From Rhizodiscina lignyota (Eukaryota), in assembly GCA_010015805.1 (NCBI GenBank), contig ML978137.1:248001-312000 (forward strand): 64,000 bases of DNA, in the 5' to 3' direction. The translations under genes were made by a program, and so were the position numbers. The stretch's first letter is position 1, and each line of letters opens with the position of its first letter. Below are positions 49,821 to 61,117 of this stretch, in pieces. Under the pieces are notes generated by a model. It made no database searches and was not told the DNA's origin. It worked only from the letters and a program-made list of their open reading frames with translations.

Positions 49821-51299
49821 TTTATAAGTAGAACTTCCCAGCGTTTGGTGATTCTAGAGATCTGAGACTCAAAAAGGTGGGAGCAGTCAACGACGCGATT
49901 ACAACGAGCTTTGGCACAAGGCTCCGTGCCTGAACACTTGAGAAATCGACAACATGTACCATGTAACTGAGTTCAAAGGGATCGAGCGTCGGCCCAAGTG
50001 GTGCGTCCCGTATTGATAGTGATTAAACGGGTGTGCGGGAGCAGAAGTGACGGTAAAAATCTAAAAATCCTTGAGAGTGTAGGCTGAAATTCCGGAACCC
50101 TCTCACAGCCACCATCGCGTGCATGATCCGGTGTAGCTGTGATCCAGTAAAACAGGTCCGAAGGCGCCTAAGACAGCCTGATGCAGCGAGCCGCATGGGA
50201 AGGAAATGGCACGCCTCTCTTGTACCGTGAACGAATACCAGATCGCGACAAAAAATGAAAGGGTACGGGCAGATTGGATCTTTGATGGGCAATTTTCCAG
50301 AACCAGCCATGAGACGGAGCATGAGATGTTGATTTTCTATCGATCTTTTTCGTTAGGATACCCGCTGACCGACGTTAGCGTCATTACTCCCCTCCAGAGG
50401 AAGAAAGACTCGTATTGTCTGTCTCTCAAAGACAAAGCTACATTGAAACATACCAGATGAAGGTTTGCACTGACTTGCGTTTGACTGCGGCTCCAAACAT
50501 TCACTTTCGGAGTGTGTTGAAGCGCGGCTCCAGCCAGTATATGTCATCACCCTCGTAGTTACAGTCACATCAACGGTAAGTAAAGCGTAACTGGCGTAGC
50601 AAACAATGATAGGTCTCATTCTATATATACAGAAGACGTGAAGCATGGATAAAGTTTAGGGTTCAAGATCTTCATTCCGAGATTATGTACGCTTGTCAAT
50701 CGTTGTAGACTTTGTTATAGTGAAAAGTACTGGCGGGTTCACGTAGGGTTTCTCACCACGTAGGGACGGACGTTAGTAAGTTTATATTTGAGGCTGTTAG
50801 GGAGTAGCTTACTGGGCCTGCCTTGGAAGATTTGCTTCTCGTTGTGGTGAAAAAGGGGTGCCGTTGCATGCCTCATACACTTACGTGAAACTGGCTCCTT
50901 CATCGTATGGCGGGATCTGTGGTCCTCATACGTACAGCCTGCAAGCCTCACGACGAGCCAGTCTTGCATTTCCGATTGACAGAAATACCCGTTAAAGGCA
51001 TTACTGTTATGGTATTCAGGGATTCTATCCGAAATCCAAGGTTGAAGCTATAAGTCTCACGATAATATGTCAGTCACGCACTGCCAACCAGCAGTCCGGA
51101 AAGGTCTCCATCTGGAGGTATACGAGCGATATTTTTAATCGGATCTCTCACAATGCACAGCATCAATGAATAAGATATGTTTCGGTCGAGTAGAGTGCAA
51201 TTCCTAGTATTGCCACAAGTGGCGGGAAAAGAATTGTACATATGCTTCCTCGTGGGGAAGACGCGCTTCTGTGCGCAATTGAAGTTCTCAAAGTTCTTG

Positions 51300-52195
51300 C
51301 TACTCAAAGAGATCGTAGCATGCTCCATGGAGGTCGTGCTCCCTGATGAAGTTCTCCTTCAAGTACGTGAACAACTCTTGACCTCTCATAGCTGGTACCG
51401 CCAGCACGCCACTCTCAATGCGCTGGAACAGCCATGAGAGCTCCAGTAGTTCTTCGTACTTTGGGGAATCGTCCCCCTCGAAGATCTCACGGAGGTAGTC
51501 GCAGAAGAAGTACGCCAGTGTCAGATTCTGTGTCTTCATCTGATCGATGCCCTTTTGCACCTCTCTGCAGAGAATATCGAGCTCATATCGGTCGTCTTCC
51601 GCCTGTTCGTGGCGTTCCAGCCACATCTCATAGTCGTCTTCTCGGTCATACTCCTCATCCTCGGGGTGCCTAAGTGAAGCGTAATATCTTTTTGTGAAGC
51701 AGAGTGAATAGATGTAGAGGGGAAGCATACGTGACATGTTCTCTGTATGGCGGCGGGGGATGCGGCGAATACAACGGGGGTCCTTCTTGAGATGCCGTTT
51801 CCTGCGCCGATTAGTCTTAGCCTTGACTTTTGATATCCTATTCAACTTACATTGCCTACGTTTCCACCATCCACTTGGACATGGTCTCCGTTTTCGCCAT
51901 CCGCTTCGGCATCGTCTGTGTTTGCCATGGCGACCGCGAAGACTTGCTCACCCTGGGAGACGACGTCGTCGAGCTTGTCATGTCGATGGAGGTGTGGGCC
52001 ATTCCAAGCATACAGACGGGCCTCGAGCATTTCCTCATTAAGCAGGCTTTGCTCTTGAGCTCGCACCCGCAGAGACGTCATCAGGTCATCTACGCTCCTT
52101 GCCGTGTCCATAGGTATGATGAATGAATCCTGGCTATATTCATCGTCCTCATATTCCACAGCGAGATGGACCATGTAGCGTTTGATGGTAGCCAT
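51300..52195 (-). CDS. Ubl/Par3-HAL-N-like domain protein, paralog A (~261 aa); exons 52195-51851, 51801-51731, 51669-51300
   Basis: Canonical introns (GTAAGT..CTAAT..CAG; GTATGC..TAG) join two track ORFs in frame. Domain, then PPLY/PPPPY, then an acidic helical C-terminus. Confidence 0.8.
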
Positions 52196-52779
52196 TGTTG
52201 TAGGACCACCGTTTAGCAGGGAAATGTTGTTGTTGAGAAAGTTGAAAGAATTTTGAAAGATGTTGTGGGTAATAACGCGCTATGCTGGCACATGACGCGA
52301 CACGTTGCCCGAGCGACCACCCCACACTTAGATAACTTCCATACGCGCTGTTCTGGGAAGCCGGAGTCTTAACCATCTCTCATTTTCTTATAAGTGATTA
52401 TGTGTGTGATGAGGGATTTATTCCCCAACGATGACAACGTGGCGGAGTTGGAACGATGTTGGAAACCGATATCACAAGTCAGTCTCATACTTCAACGTGA
52501 ACGAGACCATCTCCAAGAGTAGATTGCGGGGCCATGAATTTAGAGGGGGAAATTCTATGTGCAAGTCTTCATAGTGAAGCTATGTGCTACTGCTAGGTAC
52601 TTGTGCTCTTTCCTTTTGTCACTTGAAAAGTTCAGGATCCTGTGTGGATCCAACCGAAATCGATCATGTCGTCGTATGCGCCACAGAAATGTGAATTGCA
52701 GCTGCGCATCAGAATACCTCCTACTCTGTCTCAGATGGCTCAGCACAAGAATGAAGTTGAGGAGAGCAAATCAGTCCTC

Positions 52780-53812
52780 CTACAACTTAACATGGTGAGC
52801 CGTCTGCGCCTTCTTGCCCTTTCTACCCTTCTTTTCTCTTTCCTTCTTATCTCTCTTCTTGTTCGCCTTCAGGTTGTTCTCTAGTTCTTTGGCATCATCA
52901 GTGTCTTGGATATTTCCGGCATCCTCAGTGCTCTCAACCTCCGCCTTCTCAACTCTCTTGAAGATGTTGAGGAGACCTCCGTGAAATCCATGCTCCGCCA
53001 TGAACTCCACAATCTCATCATCGGTCATGTCGGGTAGATCTGGCTTCCTGGCCTCGAGATCATCCTTCAACGCGAAGACGCGGGGAAGGAAATCAAGTAT
53101 CCAGTAACGTTTGAGATGGAGCAGATGATAGCCGATCCAATTGCGGATTATGACACCAGTCTTGCCCTTCAATCCCAGATGTTCTAGAAAAGGGTCCAGA
53201 GTAATCTCGCGTTCGATATACGTCAATACTCCGTCGAGGATGTCAGGGGGAGTTTCCTCGATGTACAGGTCGATGAGGGCCTCGTCGTACCTAGTATTCT
53301 CGGTCAGTTTCATACAACTTGATTATGAAATTATGAGGTTAGGTTTAAACGTACGCGACGTACAGTGAACCCGTGATGAACGATCGATTCTTGCCGTCCG
53401 CACGGACTTCACCGCCATGATGATGAGGGCTCTGTATTACGTTAGCCCGTGTGCGCGATCGGAATATTTGCTGACTTACGCAAGGCCGGGTAGCGTAGGG
53501 GCTCATAGCGAGACGCGCAAGCGGACAATTTCTCGCAATGTACGCCCAGATCTCCTCCTTCGCGGGATCGAGGACAACGGTAGACAAAGTGTCACGGTTG
53601 TACATGGACGGGCCGTCGAACGTATTCAAGTAGAGAGTCAAGCAATGCCGCATCTTCATGGTGCCTTGCTCGACAGCCCGGAACTTGATTTCCCTGACCA
53701 AATCATGGACCGGAGCACTCGGGTTGAAGGGAACGATGATCCTGATTTTTTGATCGTCTGGTTCGGGCTTCTTCTCGAAGAAGTTGATGATGTATCGGTG
53801 AGTGTCCGCCAT
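52780..53812 (-). CDS. Ubl/Par3-HAL-N-like domain protein, paralog B (~303 aa); exons 53812-53480, 53431-53364, 53290-52780
   Basis: Same intron phases (0, 2) and middle-exon size (68 vs 71 nt) as paralog A. Helical C-domain with a Lys/Arg-rich end. Confidence 0.8.
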
Positions 53813-54178
53813 GATGTTCGTGCTGTTGCGGTGTGGAGGTGTTGTGGTTAAGAGAGTTGAGAAGATACTCAAAAGTTTTGTGCGTGATGGCGTCACGCGT
53901 GTATTACAGCCGGCGGGAGTGAAGCGAAACCCAACAGGATGAGTGTTTGGAGAGAAACGGAAGCTTAAAGTTTAGTCTGCTCTTCACACAATCCGCACTG
54001 ACCAGGATGTCCCGCTAGCTATGCGAATTAGAAGGGGACAGAAGAGTGAATTAAAAGACACAATGTCGACTGCTCCAAATATGCGAGAAGACACTAGCTC
54101 CACTGCTTGCCTTTTAATCGTTCTCATCTTTTTCACTGCCTCCAATGTCAACCGTAACAATGATGTTCATTCAGCTAC

Positions 54179-55031
54179 CTATTGTCCATGGATACCTGTG
54201 AGTTCTTCGAACGGAGCATAAGTTATACCATGATATGCTGTCTCAATAACAGTCACCCGATTCGCGTCTAATACTTCGGGCGGCATCTGCCCTAGGCGTC
54301 CCAGAATCACTTCCATCTGGTCCAGGTCGCCGTAAGTTAGCTCGGGGAATCCAGGGTGGTCATTCAAGATGTCGCGGTAAACGGCGCGAAAGTCATGTTG
54401 AGTTTTGAAGACGTTGTCGATGAGATCTCGTATCTCGTCCTTCCGTTGAGGCAGCTCCGAGATTGGGCGGCGTCGTGGAGTTGCAGTGCGGGAACTTTGA
54501 GATGAAACCTTTTGCTTTTTATGATATGATACTGCGGTCTCTGCCTCGATAGCATCGTCGAGATGCTTTGAAGGTGTGCGCGTTTGCTGGGGGTGACCTC
54601 GCCGAAGCCGCTTCCTTGGCCTTGACGGTTCAGAGTCTGGTTCGCTCGTAAGATCGATTACTTCCTGTGATTGTTTAGCAATTGCAAGGCTGTTATCTGA
54701 CAATATAGCTCACCGTATCCCGTTCAGAACTAACGCCTTCTTCACTTTGGCCATGCAGAGTATCCTGGAACACGGCAAAGATGACTTCCGTAGCAGGTGT
54801 CACCACTACTGATGACAGCTTGTCTCGTGGTGAGATGAACGGGCCGCCAGCGCTGCCAAGGCGAAGCTTGAGGTTGCCTTTGTTGATCAGATGTTCTTCG
54901 ACGGCTCGAGTGCGGATCTCTTCGAGGAAGGTGGATACAAGTGCATCGGACTGAAACGGAACCAGGAGAGAGATATCGTTTGGTTCGCCTGATTGCTGTG
55001 CATTCACGATCGTAATCGTGTACCGCTCCAT
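54179..55031 (-). CDS. Ubl/Par3-HAL-N-like domain protein, paralog C (~267 aa); exons 55031-54714, 54664-54179
   Basis: Phase-0 intron GTGAGC..CAG after the domain. The tail starts EVIDLT..RPRKRLRR. Confidence 0.8.
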
Positions 55032-55404
55032 GTTGAGCAGGGAGCAAAGGAATGGTGTTAGTGTGGTGGGCAAGTTGTGGCAAGATAAGCGCAGGATGAA
55101 GGGCAGAAAGTATTATAGAGCTAAGAGGTGAAACAGGGGGAAATAAACGTTAGAATGATGAAGTAAATCCCAGACGTCTATTCATCTAGCAGCATACCCT
55201 TCACTGCCGGAAACCATGTGAAGCTTCTGATTCAAAAGCGATAGCTTCACTCCTCAATCCCCCCAGTTCGCCATTTGTATCACCTAAGTGCCTTGTCATT
55301 CCATCTGACGACTATCCCGCCAAGTCCACTAACACGGCTCAGGCTCTCCACTTCCTACTGTGCGGGAGATGATTCGGTTTCGCGCGTGCATGGTAGGCTA
55401 CAGC

Positions 55405-55870
55405 TCAACAACTGTTTTTGGCAGTATTATCGGGTGGTTCCGCCTCATCACTAGGACGAGGAGAGAGACCAATCTTGCCAACTCGCGAAGCCTGTGCCAG
55501 ATTAGGACACTTATTCTACCATGGTGAATATTTTGAATGAGCATTTCCTGCCGCGCAATTCGGCGAAGAGGAAAATTGAGTAAGACAGGTGCAGGCATAC
55601 CGTAGTAGCAAAGATCTCATATCTTACAGGCACACCGACGATATCTGCGAGGAAATCATTCTCCCAGACAAGGGGTCCATCTTCGCAGCCAAGACGGAGA
55701 ACGAAACGGTCGTGCTTTGTGAGGATGCCTATTTTGACTGCGCGAGACTGAACTTCATCGTGTAGCTCCTTGAAGGTTCGGTTAGGATAGAAGGAAATCA
55801 TCATAGAATCCTTCACCACGAATGCGTTGTCTTTGTGGACGATGAAGTTAACTTTGTATGGCTCCCGCAT
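55405..55870 (-). CDS. Ubl/Par3-HAL-N-like domain protein, paralog D, essentially domain-only (~118 aa); exons 55870-55601 and probably 55491-55405
   Basis: MREPYKVNF..ISFYPNRTFKELHDEVQSRA..LRLGCEDGPLVWENDFLADIV..EIFA with a phase-0 GTATGC donor. The acceptor choice is uncertain. Confidence 0.7.
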
Positions 55871-58800
55871 CGTGCTAGATAGAGAGTTGAGGAGCAGAGA
55901 GAGGGATGGATTCATGCACCGTTTAACATAGCAGCGGTCTGCAACAAAGAAGCTCGGTAGGCCGCGTTAGTCCGCCAGAGATGGATAGACTAGGTCCCGC
56001 GGATCCGCTATTATATCGGATCATTAATGTCGTTGAGTGCAGGAACGGAAAGCGTGTATTGACCGACAGATGGCCGCGCTGAGAGATCAAGGCCGCTCTC
56101 GTTTGGATGTGGCCGTTCTCGTTTGGATGTGGACTTCTGTCCCATCCCACAGGACACTTGAATTAACATGCCATTACTACCAATGCTCTTAATTCCAGAA
56201 GAAGCTTGGTCTTCTCACTCGTCCCGTTAGCACTAGGTGTGCCCATCGTTCACATATTTGTGACCGTGCCGTATTCACGACATAGGACGTGCAGATGCAG
56301 TTCTGCGGCACTCAACTTGATATCAAACGGCAATAAGCTGTATGATATCATGTTGTCTCGCGAAACTGCATCATGAGCCCCACGGTGGGCTGTCCCATAG
56401 GATGAATCCTGTCTGGCCGGAGCTGCTTGATTCAGGGTTATCCAGCTACAGCACACCATGGGTTACCCATTGGTGTCCTTTTGCTGCGATGTTCCTGGCT
56501 GCAGGGTCCTGCCGACTGTATCAGAGCCTCCGTCGGTGAAAGTATGTGCTTGGAGCGATAGTGAAGGTTTCAGGGATGAGGGGGCCGACGACCTCGTCAA
56601 CTAAGTTCTCCTATGCGAATAGGTCAGCGAAGTTGTCTAAGCATGCACGTATCGGACGAAGTCCTTACAGAACTGAGCATATGCGGCGACTGACAGAGAT
56701 GCCTTGATACAAGTCACGTCTCCAAGTCCCGTCTCGGAGAGTACATGGATTTGGGAGTAGACAGGTTTCTCCCATGCCGAAGTTTCCCCCACTCATCACC
56801 ACTTCTGCAACTTTTGTCCAGCTACAGAAAAGTCTCGATGAATTCAGTATGGATCCCAGACAGTGTGTACGATTTCCAACATGATCTTCAATACTCTCCC
56901 GGCAGAGCTACGCTACATAGGTGTCTATGAGTTCGCCTTTCCCAACGACGCCGAATGAGTGCATCCCCGTCCCGGGCGGCATACAATAATGCGGCTCGTT
57001 ATTTCATTAGGTCTCAATTGTCTCGAGTAGGTCGATGATTACACCTGAAGTGCCTAGCTATGCTCTATGCCACGTTAGAGACAGCTTTCTTCTGCCATTA
57101 CTCAGTCAGGATCTATCACGACGCCCTTCAAGTCTGTTATGAGACAAGCTAGATGCGTACGTAAAAGACCGTATTCGCATAGCTGGTGAAAGAAGTATCT
57201 CGCGTGATGCCAGAACTGCTAGTTTGAGCTGTAGTGGAAAGGAATGCTGTGGACCTTCGATGGGCGTGGTAATTGACACAACTCGGCATGGAAGTATCAC
57301 TGCTGTATATCTCAACACGCCAAGTTCCTCAATGAGCTCCGAGGTGTCTGCAAAGACGCATAGATGATAAGGTCGACCTCGCCCTCGTGCCGCCCAAATG
57401 CACAACCTCCGTACAAGTCAGCCCAGTGACTAGAACGTACTGTGATGACTGAAGTCTGATATTTCCTGCGGCATCTTGAAGCAACGATAAATCCAAGGCG
57501 ACTCAGAAACAAGGCAATTATGTACATGCACGTCAGCCCCGCCAATTCAATTCTGTAAAAACCACCAATCGGAAGTAACTTTAGCTGCAAGGAGGACGAA
57601 TAGAAAATACAGACCCACTGAATATTTCCACATGACCTTAAGAGCACTCATTGGTGGTAACTGGGCGAAAGTCACATTCGCGGGGCGTATCAGAACGTGA
57701 TGCATTTGCGAACGAAGGGGGACAGTCGGGCGTATATTTCAGTGGAGCTCAATGTACTCTGCCTGGCAAAATAATCTCATCCGATATCGCATTTTATCAT
57801 CCTGACTGACTTGTGAGCAAGGCAAAAGGCAACTGGGTTCCAGTGAACATGTTCCGGACTTCGCGACTCACGGTCAGAAGGTATCGAGAGGGGAATCCTG
57901 TGAATGGGGCGTAGAAGGCAGAATGAATAAATTCCTCGACAAAGATCATCGCTTCCATCCATGATCTCTTAGCTGATTCGTGCTTGCTTCGGTATTGGCA
58001 AGGCTCTTCGCGGTTGTCACTGTATTTTGGTCCTTCCTGTGAGAGTCATGTCCAGTAAGACAATATCTGAAATGTGCGCGCACAACCGATGCTAACGCTC
58101 TACTAGGCTCTTGCAGGTCCTTAAATTGTACACGAAAAGCAATTCCATACTTTTACTTTTGCGACTATCGTAAGTTTCGTGAAGTTGTTTTAGTTACCCA
58201 CAATAGTGGAGTATATGCTAAGCGTCCATTTCGACAGACATTTGCAGTGAGTGCAATTGCTCACGCGAGCGATGGAACGGGAAGAAATTCTGCAACTATC
58301 GTAAGTATATGATCGATCTGATCTACATTGTATCGAAGCCCATAGCCCTTACTCGAGCTAATCCATAGCTTTGTCAGACTGTTCCGACTCAAACATCTGT
58401 CGGTGGGATGGCATTGAAAGATGCGACATGAGACGTAACAGTCCAAGCCACTTTTGTGGATCTCGTATGTGTATTGCACATTGGAAACAAACTTGGGGGC
58501 CGAGAACTATGTGAACTAATCCGGACCGTACAGATATCTGTCTAACCAAAAGATGTACGTCGAAGCGGAAGCCTACCGGCGACTATTGCGGGAATCGTAA
58601 GTAGTATCTTGGAAGGGATTCTGCCGACACAGGGATAACTTCGTTCTCCAGACACCTGCAATCGCCCTGACTGCAAAGCGGAGAAACACGAGAGTTATGA
58701 TTATTGTTCAGATCGTAGGTAGTGAGCAATACTGGTGTGAAATCATATGCTAAGCCCGCCAGACTGGTATCAGCCATGGAAAGATGAAGGAAAGAAATTG

Positions 58801-60025
58801 ATGAAGAAGGGAATAAAGAAGGGCCTACAGAAGTGCCTTGAACACTTCACCGATCGAAGCCAATCACACGACTACGACAGTAATAGCGGGGAGATAGATG
58901 AAGTCTCCGAGGATGATAACCAACAGAACTTATATCGATATGACCGAAACAGTACTTCTGGATACGATGACCAGCATGAAGGTCACGAGTACAATAGCTG
59001 GCATAGAGAAGATAGATATAATAATCGGCAGATACAGTATGAGTATAGAGGGGATCAGAGATACTACGAGTATTACAGGGAGTGAACAACGGCGCCCATC
59101 TTCTGAGTAGCTTGAGGCTTTGATGAACGTCGTTAACGTTGCCAAGAACAGGAGAACCTCTCGGCAACATGACTCGTGCGTAACGGATTTCGTGTCAGTG
59201 CCAGGGTGCTCGAGCGTTCCGCGCCACTCTAACCAACGTTTATGCTTGAACAATCCAAGATAGTCGAGTCCAGACCCACAGAATGTTGGTACCTACGGTG
59301 CGTTTGTTGCAGCTATGTATCACGGACCATCTTCCCCGGATTAGCACTGCACTAAAAGCGGCAGCTGAGTGGATACCTCTCCACAAGGGCAGTACACGTT
59401 CAGCAGCCTCCAGCAACTTCTAAACTGCAACTACAGGCACTTGGGCAGTGGACTAAGTCGAACAGGTGCTCAAGCCTCCGCCGAGACTGGTCTAGCTGTC
59501 TTCTAAGCGTAGACTACGGTTAGAAAGATTACCGGCTGTACGCTGGTTCCCATTATTGCTCCAGAATCTAGAGCACCGTTATTCTAACCTCAAGAGCGTC
59601 GTAGTGACGTTGTCCTACATTCTAGAGTACCGTTGTTCTACAAAGCGTGTCTCCTTCAGCCTCGACTTGCCACCTGTATCCGCTGCAACGCCCTTTTCAC
59701 CCAACTGCCTCTCGAATTGGAGAAAGTTGCCTAGTTGCTTTATGGCGAGCCAGGTTGCTAGATACGTCAAATCTCAATGGGGCGGTCCTTGCAAAGTGAG
59801 AGCATTGTGTTTACATAAATTTCCTTGTCCTAGCGGAGCCGTGCACTAATCGTAAAAGGCCATAGATTGATAGCGCAGTGCCAGTAATGCAACTGGTAAG
59901 GTATCATACATGTAAATAAATTCGTCCCTTCGTCAAAATGCCATGTTCGTAACGCATCCAATTGGGATACACAATTTGCCTGCTCATTACCGTGAGAAGC
60001 CGAAGCAGCACTGAAGCCAGTCGGA

Positions 60026-61117
60026 CTAGCTAGTCGATCCGACATCCAACACACTGTCCACGCGTGACTCGTGTTTGCACAGTCTCCCTTCAGATTGATG
60101 TCTCTTTCTCAACTCCAAGAAATGTCCAACAACACTTCGGACCTGCTCGTCAAACCCAGTAAACTTGAATTTAAATGCCCACTCGGTTTCGCTTGTGTCC
60201 ACTTCCATCTTAACGGTGTTTACTTCCCCGGATTTCGGTAAGGGCGCGTCCGGGAAATCTCTCTCAACAACGGTTTGGACGTCGTTCCAATGTGATGGTT
60301 GGCTGAGTACGTAGCTTCTGTTGCTCGGAACGTCCCAGTCCAATGCGCGTACGTGGGCCATTGCAACGTCCTCGTTGTGTACAGTGGCGCCGATGAAGGT
60401 CTCGAATGTTTGGCCGAGTGCGATCCCGAGCACAATACCATTTGTGCCGTTCAGAGCTTCCCTGGGACATGTTGCAAGGTCGTTCCGCCCTTCAATGAAG
60501 GAGGGATGAAGATATGTGACGTCGAATGAAGGTGCGTTCATGTCCATCCATAACTCGGCGGCTTGGAGTGCCGCGACTTTCGATGCTGCATACGCTGCGA
60601 ATTCAGAGGGATAAGGCCCAGTGTCCAAAGGGATACGATCTGTCGGTAGAACTGGCGCAATGACTTCGTCCTGGCCTTCCAGAACCTCAAAGGGAATGAG
60701 TGCCGAGATCGAGCTTGTGATCACGACACGTCGGACACGGCCGCTGCGTTTCGCGGCCTCCAGGATGCCTAGGGTGCCAGCAACGGCTGGACGAATGAAG
60801 TAGTCACCATAGACTACAGCGTTCACCTTATTTGATGTTGCCAGAGGAGATGCGATGTGAATGATGAAGTCGCAACCGCCCACGACCTTGTCAAACGCGC
60901 CGGATTCGGTGATGTCTGGGACGATTACAATATCAAGGCGATAGCCTGGAGAGAGCGCTATGACAGAAGGGTGAGCTCGTATAGATGCTGCTTTTTGTTC
61001 TGATCGAACGGCTGCGCGGACGCTGTAGCCTTCCCGGAGCGCATGGAGAAGCGTTTGAAACCCAACGTGACCGGTCGAGCCAGTCAAGAGAATTGTGGGC
61101 ATAGCGTCGATGGCCAT
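60026..61117 (-). CDS. Extended SDR / NAD(P)-dependent epimerase-dehydratase (aldehyde reductase II, Gre2/Ari1-like), intronless
   Basis: LLTGSTGHVG, IIHIASP, PAVAGT..IL, RVVITSS, YAASK and VHNEDVAMAH. Confidence 0.93.
   Translation of the reverse strand: MAIDAMPTILLTGSTGHVGFQTLLHALREGYSVRAAVRSEQKAASIRAHPSVIALSPGYRLDIVIVPDITESGAFDKVVGGCDFIIHIASPLATSNKVNAVVYGDYFIRPAVAGTLGILEAAKRSGRVRRVVITSSISALIPFEVLEGQDEVIAPVLPTDRIPLDTGPYPSEFAAYAASKVAALQAAELWMDMNAPSFDVTYLHPSFIEGRNDLATCPREALNGTNGIVLGIALGQTFETFIGATVHNEDVAMAHVRALDWDVPSNRSYVLSQPSHWNDVQTVVERDFPDAPLPKSGEVNTVKMEVDTSETEWAFKFKFTGFDEQVRSVVGHFLELRKRHQSEGRLCKHESRVDSVLDVGSTS

Noticed and set aside
59567..59641. Imperfect ~21-bp direct repeat (TCTAGAG[C/T]ACCGTT[A/G]TTCTA) x2
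   Set aside because: Only two copies and no associated gene or element structure.
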